Position numbers and translations under genes: made by a program. DNA of 64,000 nucleotides from the human T2T-CHM13v2.0 reference genome, Homo sapiens: assembly GCF_009914755.1 (NCBI RefSeq), contig NC_060940.1. One strand, written 5' to 3'. The notes under the pieces were generated by a model. It worked only from the letters and a program-made list of their open reading frames with translations. It made no database searches and had not been told where the DNA came from. This document shows, in pieces, positions 28,986 through 43,425 of this stretch; within the stretch, counting starts at the first letter, position 1, and each line of letters begins with the position of its first letter.

Positions 28986-30642
28986 TGAAGTGTCTGAAAA
29001 GCCTAACTGGGGAAGGTCAGGGAAGGAAGAGGGGCTGCTCAGCCTTTGCCTGAGGCCAGACACGTGTCCTTCAGGGTGGGCCCTGGACCCCCTGCAACCC
29101 CCCAAGGCGCTTGAGCCACACCTCTCCTACCACAAGTCCTTTTGCACTGGCTAGGCCTCAGCTCAGAGTACACTTTCCTCTGCTCTGTCCCAGAGCTCAG
29201 CTCAAGACGCCCAGGGACAAGCCCTCGAGGCCATGTGTGTGCCCATCCCAGTGAGCCCTTCCCACTTTCTGTGGGTGTGTGAAGCAAATGTCCGTTTTCC
29301 CCCAGGCAGAGCCTCCACCAGGTGGGAGCCTGCTGTCCACTGGGGTATCCCCCGTGCCCAGCTCAGTGCCAGTACAAAAGGGGCGTGCACAAATACCCAA
29401 GGGAGCAGGCGGGCATGCAGCAGGCAAGAGGATACAGGGCTAGCCTAGAGGAGTCCCCAGTTAGTGGGGAAGGCAGGCCCAGATAGTCAAGCTGTGGGGT
29501 AAGTGTGTAAGAGGAAGACACAAAGCATGAGGGGTGCCCCAAGGAGCCCCACCCGACTCAGCAAGGGGCAGGTGGGCAGGCCAGGCCATTCTTGAGAAGA
29601 GGACACACCTGTAAGCTGGAAGAAATGCTGCATTTCAAAAACGCGCACAATATGCTGCCCCCAGAACTGAGAGAACAAGTCACAGCACACATGATGCGCA
29701 ACAGGCAGACGTCGGCATGTCCAGGCCATCTCTTTGCTGGCTCATGGGACACAGAAAGAACTTAGCTCTACCTGAAGGCCAGTCTGTCAACAGAGTGCTG
29801 GGCCCAGAGCTCAGAGGCCCAACAGCCAGGCCAGGGCACTGGATCAGAAGTGGGGATGATGTGGCAGACAGGCTTGGAGACCTTGGGGAAGTGGGCGAGG
29901 CTCAGATACAGCCACAGAGACAGACACTGAGGATGAGAGTGGGGAAAGAGGCCTGGGAGCCCACATGGAGATGCAGAAGGAGAAGAAAGTGACGCAGTCA
30001 CACACACAGAAGAGGGCCGGTGGTCAGCCCCATGGGACGTGCAGCTCATGAGCCAATGGTACCCAAATGTCCTGCCCAGCCAATGAAGGAGACAACGCTG
30101 ACCTGCATGAACCCTGGCTCTCCCTGGCTTCCAGAGGTTGAGAGATCCCTTCCCCAACATGCACTCAAACTAGCATCCACCTTTAACGAGAAATCAAAAG
30201 AGCAAGAAACGTCATGCCAATCTCCTGTGGGGTGACCATCTGATGAGTTTTGTCCGCTCAGGCTGCCCAGTGCAGGGCACCGTCGAAGATGGGGTGGACT
30301 CAGGGTGGGAAGCACCCCGCACCTTCCTGCTCCACTCACATCTACGTCACCTCCTAGTGGGGAAGGTCCTGGCCCCTGGTAACCACAAGGAGATGGGGCA
30401 CAAGGAGGACCAGGATGGGAGGCCTCTGCAAGCTGAAAGAAATGCTGCATCTCAAAAGCGCATCCTCCAGGATGGGAGGCCTCTGACTCTCACCACCCTA
30501 CCCTCCAGCGTATTCCAGGAAACGAGACCCCAGCTATCTCCTCTTACACCAGTAGCCTGGTGGGGTCAGGTGCCCAGGTGATGTCCTCTGACCTGCTCCA
30601 TAGTGGGCAGTGGCCTCTGCCCATCCCAGCCTCCCCAGGTAC

Positions 30643-30845
30643 CTGGTTCTGCAGCTGGGTGGACGTGGCCTGCTGGTCACTGTCGCGGAGGGCCAGCCTC
30701 TCCTGTAGGACCACCAGCTCCTCCTGTAGCTGGGTCTTCTCGTCCTGGAGCTGGGACATGGCCTCCACCATCCTAAGCACCATGGGGGCCGCACCTGGTG
30801 GCCCCGACAAGCTCGAGCACCTCCTGCTGCCAAAGAGACGCCCAC
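30643..30845 (-). CDS. KIFC3: Putative KIFC3 alternative coiled-coil exon (GGRLFGSRR...MVEAMSQLQDEKTQLQEEL...QLQNQ)
   Basis: tttgctcgtag acceptor, CAG|gtacct donor, open frame, heptad-like peptide; phase 1-0. Confidence 0.75.
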
Positions 30846-33753
30846 CTACGAGCAAAGTAGTGGCTGATGAGAGGGCAGCAGAGGTCCCACGCTGGCAGAG
30901 GAGGGGGTCCATCACAGCAAGACAGACCACCAGGGATGATAGAGGTGCAAGCAGAGGGGGTGGGCAACCAGGTGAGGGCTGGGGCGGCAGCGGCATAGGT
31001 TAGCTGGGGCCTCCAGGGCCTGTCCCAGAAGAAGACACTTCCCCAGGCAGCATCTGGGGGATGAAATTACCTGGATCCGGACTTAAGAAAGCAATTTTCA
31101 CTGAATACGGCTCTCAAAGCACATGTTCTAGGTCTGATGGGCCAGCCTCTCTCCATGGCCAGGCTGCAAGGAATCGCAGCTGGGAAAGACAAGGGATTCT
31201 CACCCTAGAAAACTCTATTCTTGTAGGAACGTTATTTCTTTAAGTCTCAAACCCTCTCAAGAGTACAGAAGAGTGGGGCTCCCCAGCCTGCCCCTGTGGC
31301 AAGTGGTCAACTGTGCAGAAAGAGGGGAGCCAGGGGAGCCGTGTGTATGTGCGAGGGACAGACAGACCAGGACACGAAGCCAGCCCCACACATGGAGCAA
31401 GAACTCAGCCAGCCGGCACCTAGCAAGGATGAAGCGCAGGAACCTCCCAGGCAAGAGAGAGGGAAACACCCGGCTGGGCAGAAGCTCTGCCTGAGTCCTC
31501 CTCCTCCAAAGGCCTCCCACTGTCCTGTCACCAGGAACGAGAGAGATGGACAGATGGATGAAGGACAAGAACACAGAATCAGGGCCCGTGACCTGTGCAC
31601 GGGGCCTGGGATGCTTGTTACAGCTTGCTTCCAGGGCGCCAAGAATGGCCATGGTCTTTGCAGGTAGGGAGCAAAGAGTTTGGGGGAGAGAGAGAAGAAT
31701 GGGGGGCTAGGGAGGAGGGATGGGGGGTTTGCCTCCTCCCCTCAGGGAGCACCAAATGGGATGTGACAGAGTGTGGCAGAGTGAAGGGTGAAGAGGGCAT
31801 CTGCTGGCCAGAGAGCGCTGCCCTCCACCTCGGAGCCTGGGGCTCTAGGTGTTCCCACATTAGTCCCCAGGAAACCCAGCCCTCGGCAGGCTGGGGTTGG
31901 GGGGATCTTAGACTCTGGGAAGGAAGCCACTTGCACCTGAAGTCACACACCCCTCTGACAGCCTGGCCTGAGGGAAGCCAAACGGACTCAGCTGGACAGG
32001 GAAGTGGGGAGGGTGCAGCTTGCAGCTGGGCGGGGACATCTCAGCACAGCCCCAGGAGGAGGGGCAGATAGCTACAGGCCCCCCCAACCCGCTCTAGGAG
32101 AGCAGGAGGGGCACGCACAGGTCAGCTCTTCGCTCCTCCACCCGAGCACTCCAGAGAGCTGGAGCTGGGCATCCCCGGTTGGGTGGTGACCCTGGCTGTG
32201 TGGCCTGCACGTGATGCAGCATGTATGTCACACAGAGCTGGCCAAGCTCCCGCGATCTGTTCTAGAGTGAGTGAGATCAGACGGATGCTTCCAGGCCTGC
32301 ACACGGGGCAGCATGAGCAGCACGTGACCAGCGTGGCCCTCAGCCCTTTGCAGGCTGCTGCAGTGAGGCAGGGAACACACTGGACTCCTGGCCCAAGAGC
32401 TGGTTCTGCCACTCGAGAGACGTGTGGGAGGGGCCCAGCAGGAGCTTCCTAGGAGAAATGGGGACAAGGAGCCTTGCCCAAAAGGAGCCCAGCACCATGG
32501 ACATGCACAGGTGTGGGTGGCTGTTACACAACAGGCCATGGGGCAGAAATGAGGTCTCGGAGAGCCCAGCTCATCCAGAACACTGCTCACGCCACGGGAT
32601 GTCACCCCTGCAGGGGCTCGCCGGGTCTCAGCACCGCGGCAGGGCAGTGGGAAGGGGGCCAGGAGAGTGCTTGTGGAGAAAAGATCTCCAAGAAGCTCAT
32701 GGAGGCCCCAGAAAGGGGAGGACGGGAGGACAAGGTGAGATCAAAGGGGCCCTTGTGCTGGGGAGGCTGCACTCAGGGCTCAAAGATGCGATGCAGGCGT
32801 GGCCTGGACCCACTGACCAGGTAACCCTTGCTGTTCCCTGGGATCGGCCTTCCTCTTCTCAGCGCACAATCAGCAAGATGATGTCCCCTGCCCGAGGCTG
32901 GCCTGCCCACACTCAGCCAGACCCCAACCCCTGCCACTCGCTGCAGAGGAGTGCCTGGGCCCAGACAGGCCAGAACCCCAGAACAGGGCTCTGGGACAGC
33001 CTCAGAGAAGGGAGTGGCTCCTTCCACCACATGGCAAGTTCAGACACACAAGTTAACCTTTTGGCAATGGAGGAGGAAGATGACAGAAAGGCCAGCTCCT
33101 TTTTCCGTCACACGCTCTCTTCCTTCCGGGCTCCTAGAGGACGCTGCTTCCCCATTATCACCAGGCTCTCGCTTACTGCGAGGGACCCCCGGCATGGACC
33201 CGTAAGACTACAAGGGGGGCCTGTAGAATCTTCCAGAACCAGCCAGCCCTGGGCACCATGGCAGGCCCTGCCAGGGAAGAGCTGAGCCACTGGCTCCTTT
33301 GTCTCAGCCTCTGGCCAGGAGAATCAAAGTCCTGTCCTAGGAGCCTCCAGACCCTGGGGGCCCACGGATAGGAGGGAGAAGGCCGAGTCTCTCTCTGCAG
33401 GTGGTGGCGTCTGTGAGGCTGCCACCCTCGCCCTGCTTTAGACAGGCACTGGGAAAAAACAAAAAGCAGGGAAATTCAACCCCAGCCCACGCTGGCCAAG
33501 GACTCTTATCACTGGGTGGGGCCTGGATGCTGTAGGAGGCATGGGTGAGATGAAGGTTCTATACACACCACTGTCCCTGAATCCGGGAGAGGCAGGCTGG
33601 GGGATTGCAGCTGCGGATCAGGCAGCTGGAGTCTGTCTAGGCCACCTCCAGCCGGGGAGGACAGGGCATGGGGATATCACCAACTGCACAAGAGCCTCCC
33701 TCCTGCGCTGGCTTCACTGGGGAGTGCCGGTTTGGCGGGCAGGCCTGCTTTAC

Positions 33754-33889
33754 CTGTATTCTCTACATTCATGGTGCCACCAGCTTCCCGGGCCTCCCGG
33801 GCCCGCCTGGGGGCCGGCGCCTGTCTCTTCCAAAGCTTCTCTTCTTTCGTCCCCTGACTCTGGCTCTTGCACCCCTTGTCCTGCAGGGC
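33754..33889 (-). CDS. KIFC3: Putative KIFC3 alternative exon (ALQDKGCKSQ...MNVENT)
   Basis: gtgtcttggcagcag NAGNAG acceptor, CAG|gtaaag donor; phase 0-1. Confidence 0.6.
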
Positions 33890-34894
33890 CTGCTGCCAAG
33901 ACACAACCAGAATCCTCACGTGAAGGAGACTGTGCCAGGGAAGGACCCTCGAGCCAGAGGATGGTGTGCTCCCGGAGCTGGCAAGGATCCCAGGGCCCAG
34001 CGGGTCCAGTCCCTCCCTTTGTGGGTGGGTGGGGACGTTGAGGTCCAGGATCTGGAAGAGGATGTGCCAGGTCCCACAGCAAGACAGTGGCAGTGCCTTC
34101 TCCTGGCCTCCCTCAGCAGCTGGTCTTCTGCACCAGCAAAGAAGGTTCTTAGGTACTTCAAGTTCTCAGGTGAAGCTCATGCCATCCCTGCAGGGTCTGA
34201 GAGTCACCAGCACAGAGGCTGGCTTGCTTCCGGTGCGCACACCCCACAGGCAACCGTCCAGTCCCACCACACACGTATCAACCTCAGGGCAACTGCTCCC
34301 ATGCCAGCTGCTGCCACCCCAGGCACACAGCCCCGCATCTCCAGATGGGACCCCCAGGACTGCCAAGGAGGCTGCGCAGGAGTCCGTCCGAGCAGGGGAA
34401 GGGCCACAGCCCTGCCTCCTTCACTCTCTCCGCCCCACAGGGCTATCGAGAGGCCATGGGAAGCCGTCTCCTCTTCCAGGGGGAACACAGGCAAAGGACT
34501 CGAGACAAAGAGAGCCAGTGCACAGGCACAGGGAGAGAGAGGGGAGGCACGAAGAGGTGTTTCATCCAGAGAACGTCACCTGCCGCTCACACAGAAAGAT
34601 GCCCAAGGCAGGTGGCAGGGCCACATGCAAAGAGTGATCCCATTTGAGGATCATGAAAATAAAACAGGCATAGAGACAAATCTAGAGAACTATATAGACA
34701 GCGATCCTCTCTGGAAGATTCGGGGGGGATGGTGTAGTGGCTGAGAGTAGAAAGAAGCATCATTTCAATTTTGGGGAAATAAAAAGAAAGTTCACAACAG
34801 AGAGAACGTGAGAAGAGGGGAAAGGAGGTGGCCTTACATTTCATGTTGAACCTCTTTGGCATTTGAATTGTTAACCTTATAAACACTGACTGTG

Positions 34895-35560
<666 letters not shown>

Positions 35561-36132
35561 TTTTTTTTTTTTTTTTTTTCATATCAACAGAGGTTATCTT
35601 GGAAGAGAGATAGCAAACAATTTCTGTGTGTCTTTGTGACCTTTAAATTCAAAACAAAAAAAATAAGCCACTCTTTTAAAAGTGCTCAGTCTAAAAAATA
35701 AACACGTAGTCTAGAGGCGGCAAGGCCCGTGTGTGAAGCCTGGCTCTTCCTCGGCTAAGCTGTGTGACGGTCGGCAAGTTGCTTACCTTCTTGAAGCTGC
35801 ATTCTCCTCATTCTTAAAATAAAAATGGTAATAACAGGACCGCCTCATTGAGCTTGTGTGAAGAGTAACAGACAACTGCAGCCAAGTCCCCAGAAGGTGC
35901 CTGGCACATAGTGAGGGCTTGATATGAGGTAGCTATTATCAGGACATGATTCCTGTAATCTTCACATTTTTTTACTTTGACAATCAAAAAGCCAATACAG
36001 ATAATTGAAAAGACAAGAAAAGTGACATCAGCAGGCTCCTTAGCCCAAAATTCACCCCCTCCCTCTCTCGACCCAGAGCTCCACTTGAGAAGGGCGGGTG
36101 GCAGACACACCTCTTATATTTAGGAATATTCC

Positions 36133-36420
36133 TGCTGGGCGCAGTGGCTCACACCTGTAATCCCAGCACTTTGAGAGGCTGAGGCGGGTGGATCACCTGA
36201 GGTTAGGACTTCGAGAGCAGCATGGCCAGCATGGTGAAACCCTGTCTCTACAAAAAATGGAAAAAAAATTAGCCGGGCGTGGTGCCTGTAATTGCAGATA
36301 CTTGGGAAGCTGAGGCAGAAGAATCGCTTGAACCCAGGAGGTGGAGGTTGCAGTGCGCTGAGATTGCACCACTGTAATCCAGCCTGGGTGACAACTCAAG
36401 ACTCTGTCTCAAAAAGAAAA
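36133..36420 (+). mobile_element. Alu
   Basis: Alu consensus motifs. Confidence 0.9.
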
Positions 36421-37792
36421 TAGAAAATTCCCTCCAACTTAATTTTGACCCCACCCTGTGACCAACTGCCACACCATCGCGAGCAGGCTTGTGAGCCATG
36501 GCGGCAAGGACAGCAGCTGGAAGTTTCCATTTGCCAGCCAAGGCAAAGGTTACGCTATTTCTGGCCTGTTGGCCAAGCCACAGGAAGGACAGACGGGGCC
36601 CTGGGGGGTTGGGAATTTCTGCAGCGCCTCTGTAGGGTGCATCTCAGGTTTTAACTGCTGGACAGAGGCTAGGGAGGGGGTGTCACTAACCCTACCAGGT
36701 TGCTACACTGTGCTTGGGACCCACTCTGGCCCCACATCTTCGACCCTGAAGCACCTACCGCATAATGGAGCTTTGTGGGGGCCCGCCAGGATGTGAACGT
36801 GGAAGCTAGTTGCTGGTGCCAGCGTCCCAGAGATCTTCAGTAGATCTGCTGACCCCAGGACTCAGCTGTAACCACAACTCAGCACCCCATAATCAAAGCT
36901 CAAGAACAGAGCCACCACCCAACTCGAGGCTGTGGGTTTCTGACTGCTGCCTTCCAATTTAACTACAGATGGCTCAAGACAGAGTAAAGAGCGGGTCCTC
37001 AGGTTTCTTTAACTGTTCTCTCACCAGACCTGCTTTTCTAACAGATTTGAACAGATAAAAGAAGAAACTTTTGGTTCAGTTTTCAGATGAATCACATAAG
37101 AAGGAACAAGAAACACCTCGAAACACAAGACTGTCCCTGAAGCAACATCAACCCCTGCACCCGTGTTCAGATCAGGGGCTGGGACAACAAGCTACCCGGG
37201 CCAGGACATCCATTTGTACCAGGAAGGACACGTCCCCTTGAAGGGTATGTGTTTCCCACACTCCATCCTGTCCACAATTTGTACACATTCCTTCAAGGCT
37301 CTGTGGAAATGTGGCTTCCAGAAAGGGCAGAATCAGTGTGTGTGGATGGTCAGGAGAACATGGGGGAGTGGTGGGCCCTCTCGTGCACCGGCTTTCTTGG
37401 GGGGTGGGCCTTGGCAGCATCCCCAGATAGCCCTGGTGTCAGTCCTCTGCCACTGCCTTCTTGGCCCCTGCCTGGTTTGCCTTCATCCCTTCGTGATTAT
37501 TTGGTCACTCTCTGGCGCCTCTGCTAGACTCTCTTGTCTCTTTCTGCACTGTACCTCTGACCCTAGCACAGACTGGCACATTCTAAATAATCTGTTGAAC
37601 AAATGCATTAATTAAAAATGGGCAGAGCTTGTACTGCCCTGAAAATACTCAAAGCTATCACTGCATGAACACAGCACAGATATTTGTTTAAGGAGCTCAC
37701 TGCAATCAGAAACAATACAGAGGATCTGTTATAAATAATTTATGGTAAGCCCTGAAGTAGACTATTACGCAGCCGTGTAAAAGAAAGAGGTA

Positions 37793-39705
<1,913 letters not shown>

Positions 39706-40178
39706 TTACTTTGTCATTTTAAAGTCACTTGGTGATAACTGCAAGGGAGAAGACCCCAAGTTTTAGTGAATCCTCCATCTAGCTTTGAATTCTCACTTCA
39801 AACAAGGAAATATTCCCAAGGAAATACAAGGAAATACTCACATAACCATGTTTCAGAATAAACAACCACCCCAAACCTGCCTGTTTTCCCAATACCTTCT
39901 CCAAGCTCTGCCCATCTCAGCTAAGGCCCCATGCTTCCCATTTTAACACCTCAGCCAGGGCATGGCTGAAAAGCTCCTGTCAGCTCCTATGAGATTTCCC
40001 GTCTGACTTAATAAAGCAGGCTCCCAGGCAGAGGGGTCATGAGGGGCCCAACAGAGAGGTGCGAGGTGGGTCCCCGGCTCTCCCCAGGTGCTTCCTACCC
40101 CCAGAAGCCTGGCAGGAACCCAGCCACTGGAGCTCAGAGAGCCAAGGCACATGCAGCCTGGAAGGCCCCAGTGCTTAC

Positions 40179-40321
40179 CTGCAGGGTCAGGTAGAGCCCG
40201 TGGGGGCTTCCGGGGCCAGCCCAGTCCACGCTAAGGGCTCGGCACTGAGCTAGGGCTGGGCGAGCTGCACTTCGGGCACTGGAGTCCTCGTCACCGCAGA
40301 CTGGGGTATCTTTTCCACGCC
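40179..40321 (-). CDS. KIFC3: KIFC3 exon (GRGKDTPVCGDEDSSAR...GLYLTLQ)
   Basis: ggacag / CAG|gtaagc; phase 1-0. Confidence 0.93.
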
Positions 40322-40722
40322 CTGTCCCAGGACAGAGAGATAGGTGAGACACTCCGACCACTGGCCCAAGACTGCTAGCCATGGACCACTGGCCAGGGCC
40401 GCAGCTGAGCTCAGCTTTCACACATCCCTGGCTGGTCCAGATGTGGCCAGGAGGGGCTCACACACCCAAAAAACGCCTGCCCTGCAGAGGGGAAGGCCTG
40501 GCTCGGGGCAGTGGCTACGCTCCTTCCTTACCAAAAGCCGCCCAAAGATTCTCTTCTGGAAGGGGCCCAATACCCCACCGGAGGCTCCCCTATCCCCACA
40601 GTGGCTTTTGGGGCAGGCATCTGCTCAGCAGGGCAGTGGAAGGAAGCCATTGCCAGCCAGCCTGCATGAAGCTTTGAGGACTTGCACAGGGGCTATGGCT
40701 TTATTACCCCGGCTGCCTCTAG

Positions 40723-41456
<734 letters not shown>

Positions 41457-43253
41457 TGAAATACACGTGGTGCCCATGTAGTGCCAGGCACACAGAAAGG
41501 GCCCACAGTACAGGCCAATAGGACTACAGTAGCCATCAGCTCCTCAAAACTCCCCAGGGAGGTGGGGGGCATTCTCCCCACCTGACAGGCAAAGAACCGG
41601 AAGCCTGGAAGGGTTAACAATGTGCCCAGGGTCACAGGGAGCCAGGATTCAAATCCCATGTGCTAATCAACCCTCTGCCAGCCAATTCTCAGGGTGGCAA
41701 TATGGGGGTTGGTCGGGGGACTCAGAGGGGCCTGGGGCAGCTGAGCTGGCTGAGGCCCAGTGGCAGGCACGGCGCTTGCATTTCACACACAGGATTTCAT
41801 CTGACCTTTGTCTTAAATTTTTTAAGTGGATAAAAGTCTGTATGGTCATATAATCTTCATAATACCCAATTTTTTCCTTCAGGTTAGAAAGCTGAGATAA
41901 CACAATATTTCAAAGACCTATATGCATGCACACACACACACAGACACACACGACTAGAAGGCACTACATAAAATGTTCAGTGACTAACTTGTGATTTTTA
42001 TTTCCTTTTTGATATTTTTCTATGTGTTTTAAGTTTTCTAAGGGAAAATGCTTTTGTTTTACCGGAAAAGCAATACTCATTCATATTACATTTGTAATAC
42101 TTAGGACAACCTTATGGGGTAGAGGCCATCCTCTGCCCCTTTCAGACAACTGGGCTACCTGGCCCAAAAGCCCAGGCTTTTCCCCAGGCCCCTGGGTCAT
42201 CCCCAGCCTGGCTGTGCTGCTTGGGAGCAGCCAGCCCCAGACAACCATAGAAGCAGAGAGACCTCGGAAGGCATCAGTCCAGCTGCCACTGACAGCACAA
42301 ATGTGGTGGGAGAGAGGGGTGAACAGGAGTTTGCTGTGTGCCCTCTCTGGGCCTCAGTTTCCCCTTCTGTGCACCAAGGGGCTTGGACCTGATGGCCCAG
42401 AGGGACTCTGCTAGCTCTCACAGGCTGGCAGTCTAGACCCTGTTCCTGTAGGTCACGAGGGACAGGGAGCAGACCCCTGAAGGCACCTTGCCTGGAGAGC
42501 CCTCTCTCCCCCACACTACCAGGGCGACCTGCCCACGCCTCGGGAGAGGGTCATGGACAGCTCCGCGGCCCCGCCAATCCAGTCCCGGCCCTGAATCAGA
42601 GAAGCGGCTCACTTCTTGACTTTCGCAGCACCGGGGGACATGACCCAGAAAGGCGAGCTGGCACTGACAGCTCCCCGGGGGGTACAGTGGGGGCCAAGAC
42701 TCTGGGACCTCTGCCCACCTGCTGTCAGGGTCTCTACAGAAGCACCTGAAATGAGCACATGGACCCCAAGCCCCGCCAGGCCACGTTCCCGAGCAGCCTC
42801 GGTCCACTCCCAACGCCGTCCAGGGGCCAGCCCAGGCAGGATCAAGTGTCAGCGGCGCTTGGTGCCCAGGCAGCCACTTCACCTACCTTGTTTACCAGCC
42901 TGGGCAGAGACCGGAGCTAGCCCACACGCTCTTGGCCAAGGACGGCAGCCCGCAGAGCTCTGACCAGCTTGGCCAGAGGGAATGCAGCTGATTCCCCCTG
43001 CTCTGTGCCCGACCCGTGTTAAAGTTTAACCCGGCTTCCAGGTCTCCTCTTTTCCAGACAGGGGCGCAGGGAAGGAGCGCCCGGCGAGACTGACGCTCCG
43101 GCTCCACGCCCGCCTGGCTCTGGGCTGTCGGTTACCCTGTAATTACCTGACAGCTCTGACTGGGCTTAGGAACCGGTGAGAAACCTCAGTCTCATCTCTG
43201 GTATCTGGAGGAAGGAAGGGAAATAAAGAGGCATTTTAAAAATGCGGACTCAC

Positions 43254-43425
43254 CAGTTCTCAACCTCCCCGGGCCGGTGTGTGGGAAAGGGCGGGCGGCC
43301 GGGCTGGCTGGGGCTGGGGCGGGGCGAGCCATCCCCGGCTCGGGCTCCGGGGCCCGGCCCACTCTCCACAGGCCCCGCAGCGAGGGCGTGGCTCCCAGGT
43401 TCCACGTCCTGCGAGAGGGGACCAT
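43254..43425 (-). CDS. KIFC3: KIFC3 first coding exon (MVPSRRTWNLGATPSL...GRLRT); exon extends to acceptor at 43464
   Basis: gccATGg Kozak at 43425; CTG|gtgagt donor; ttctctccgcag acceptor. Confidence 0.93.

Noticed and set aside
33668-34744. 358-aa + strand ORF (also 32422-33285 and 20507-21346)
   Set aside because: GC-rich, low-information peptides with no recognisable domain or splice structure; expected by chance
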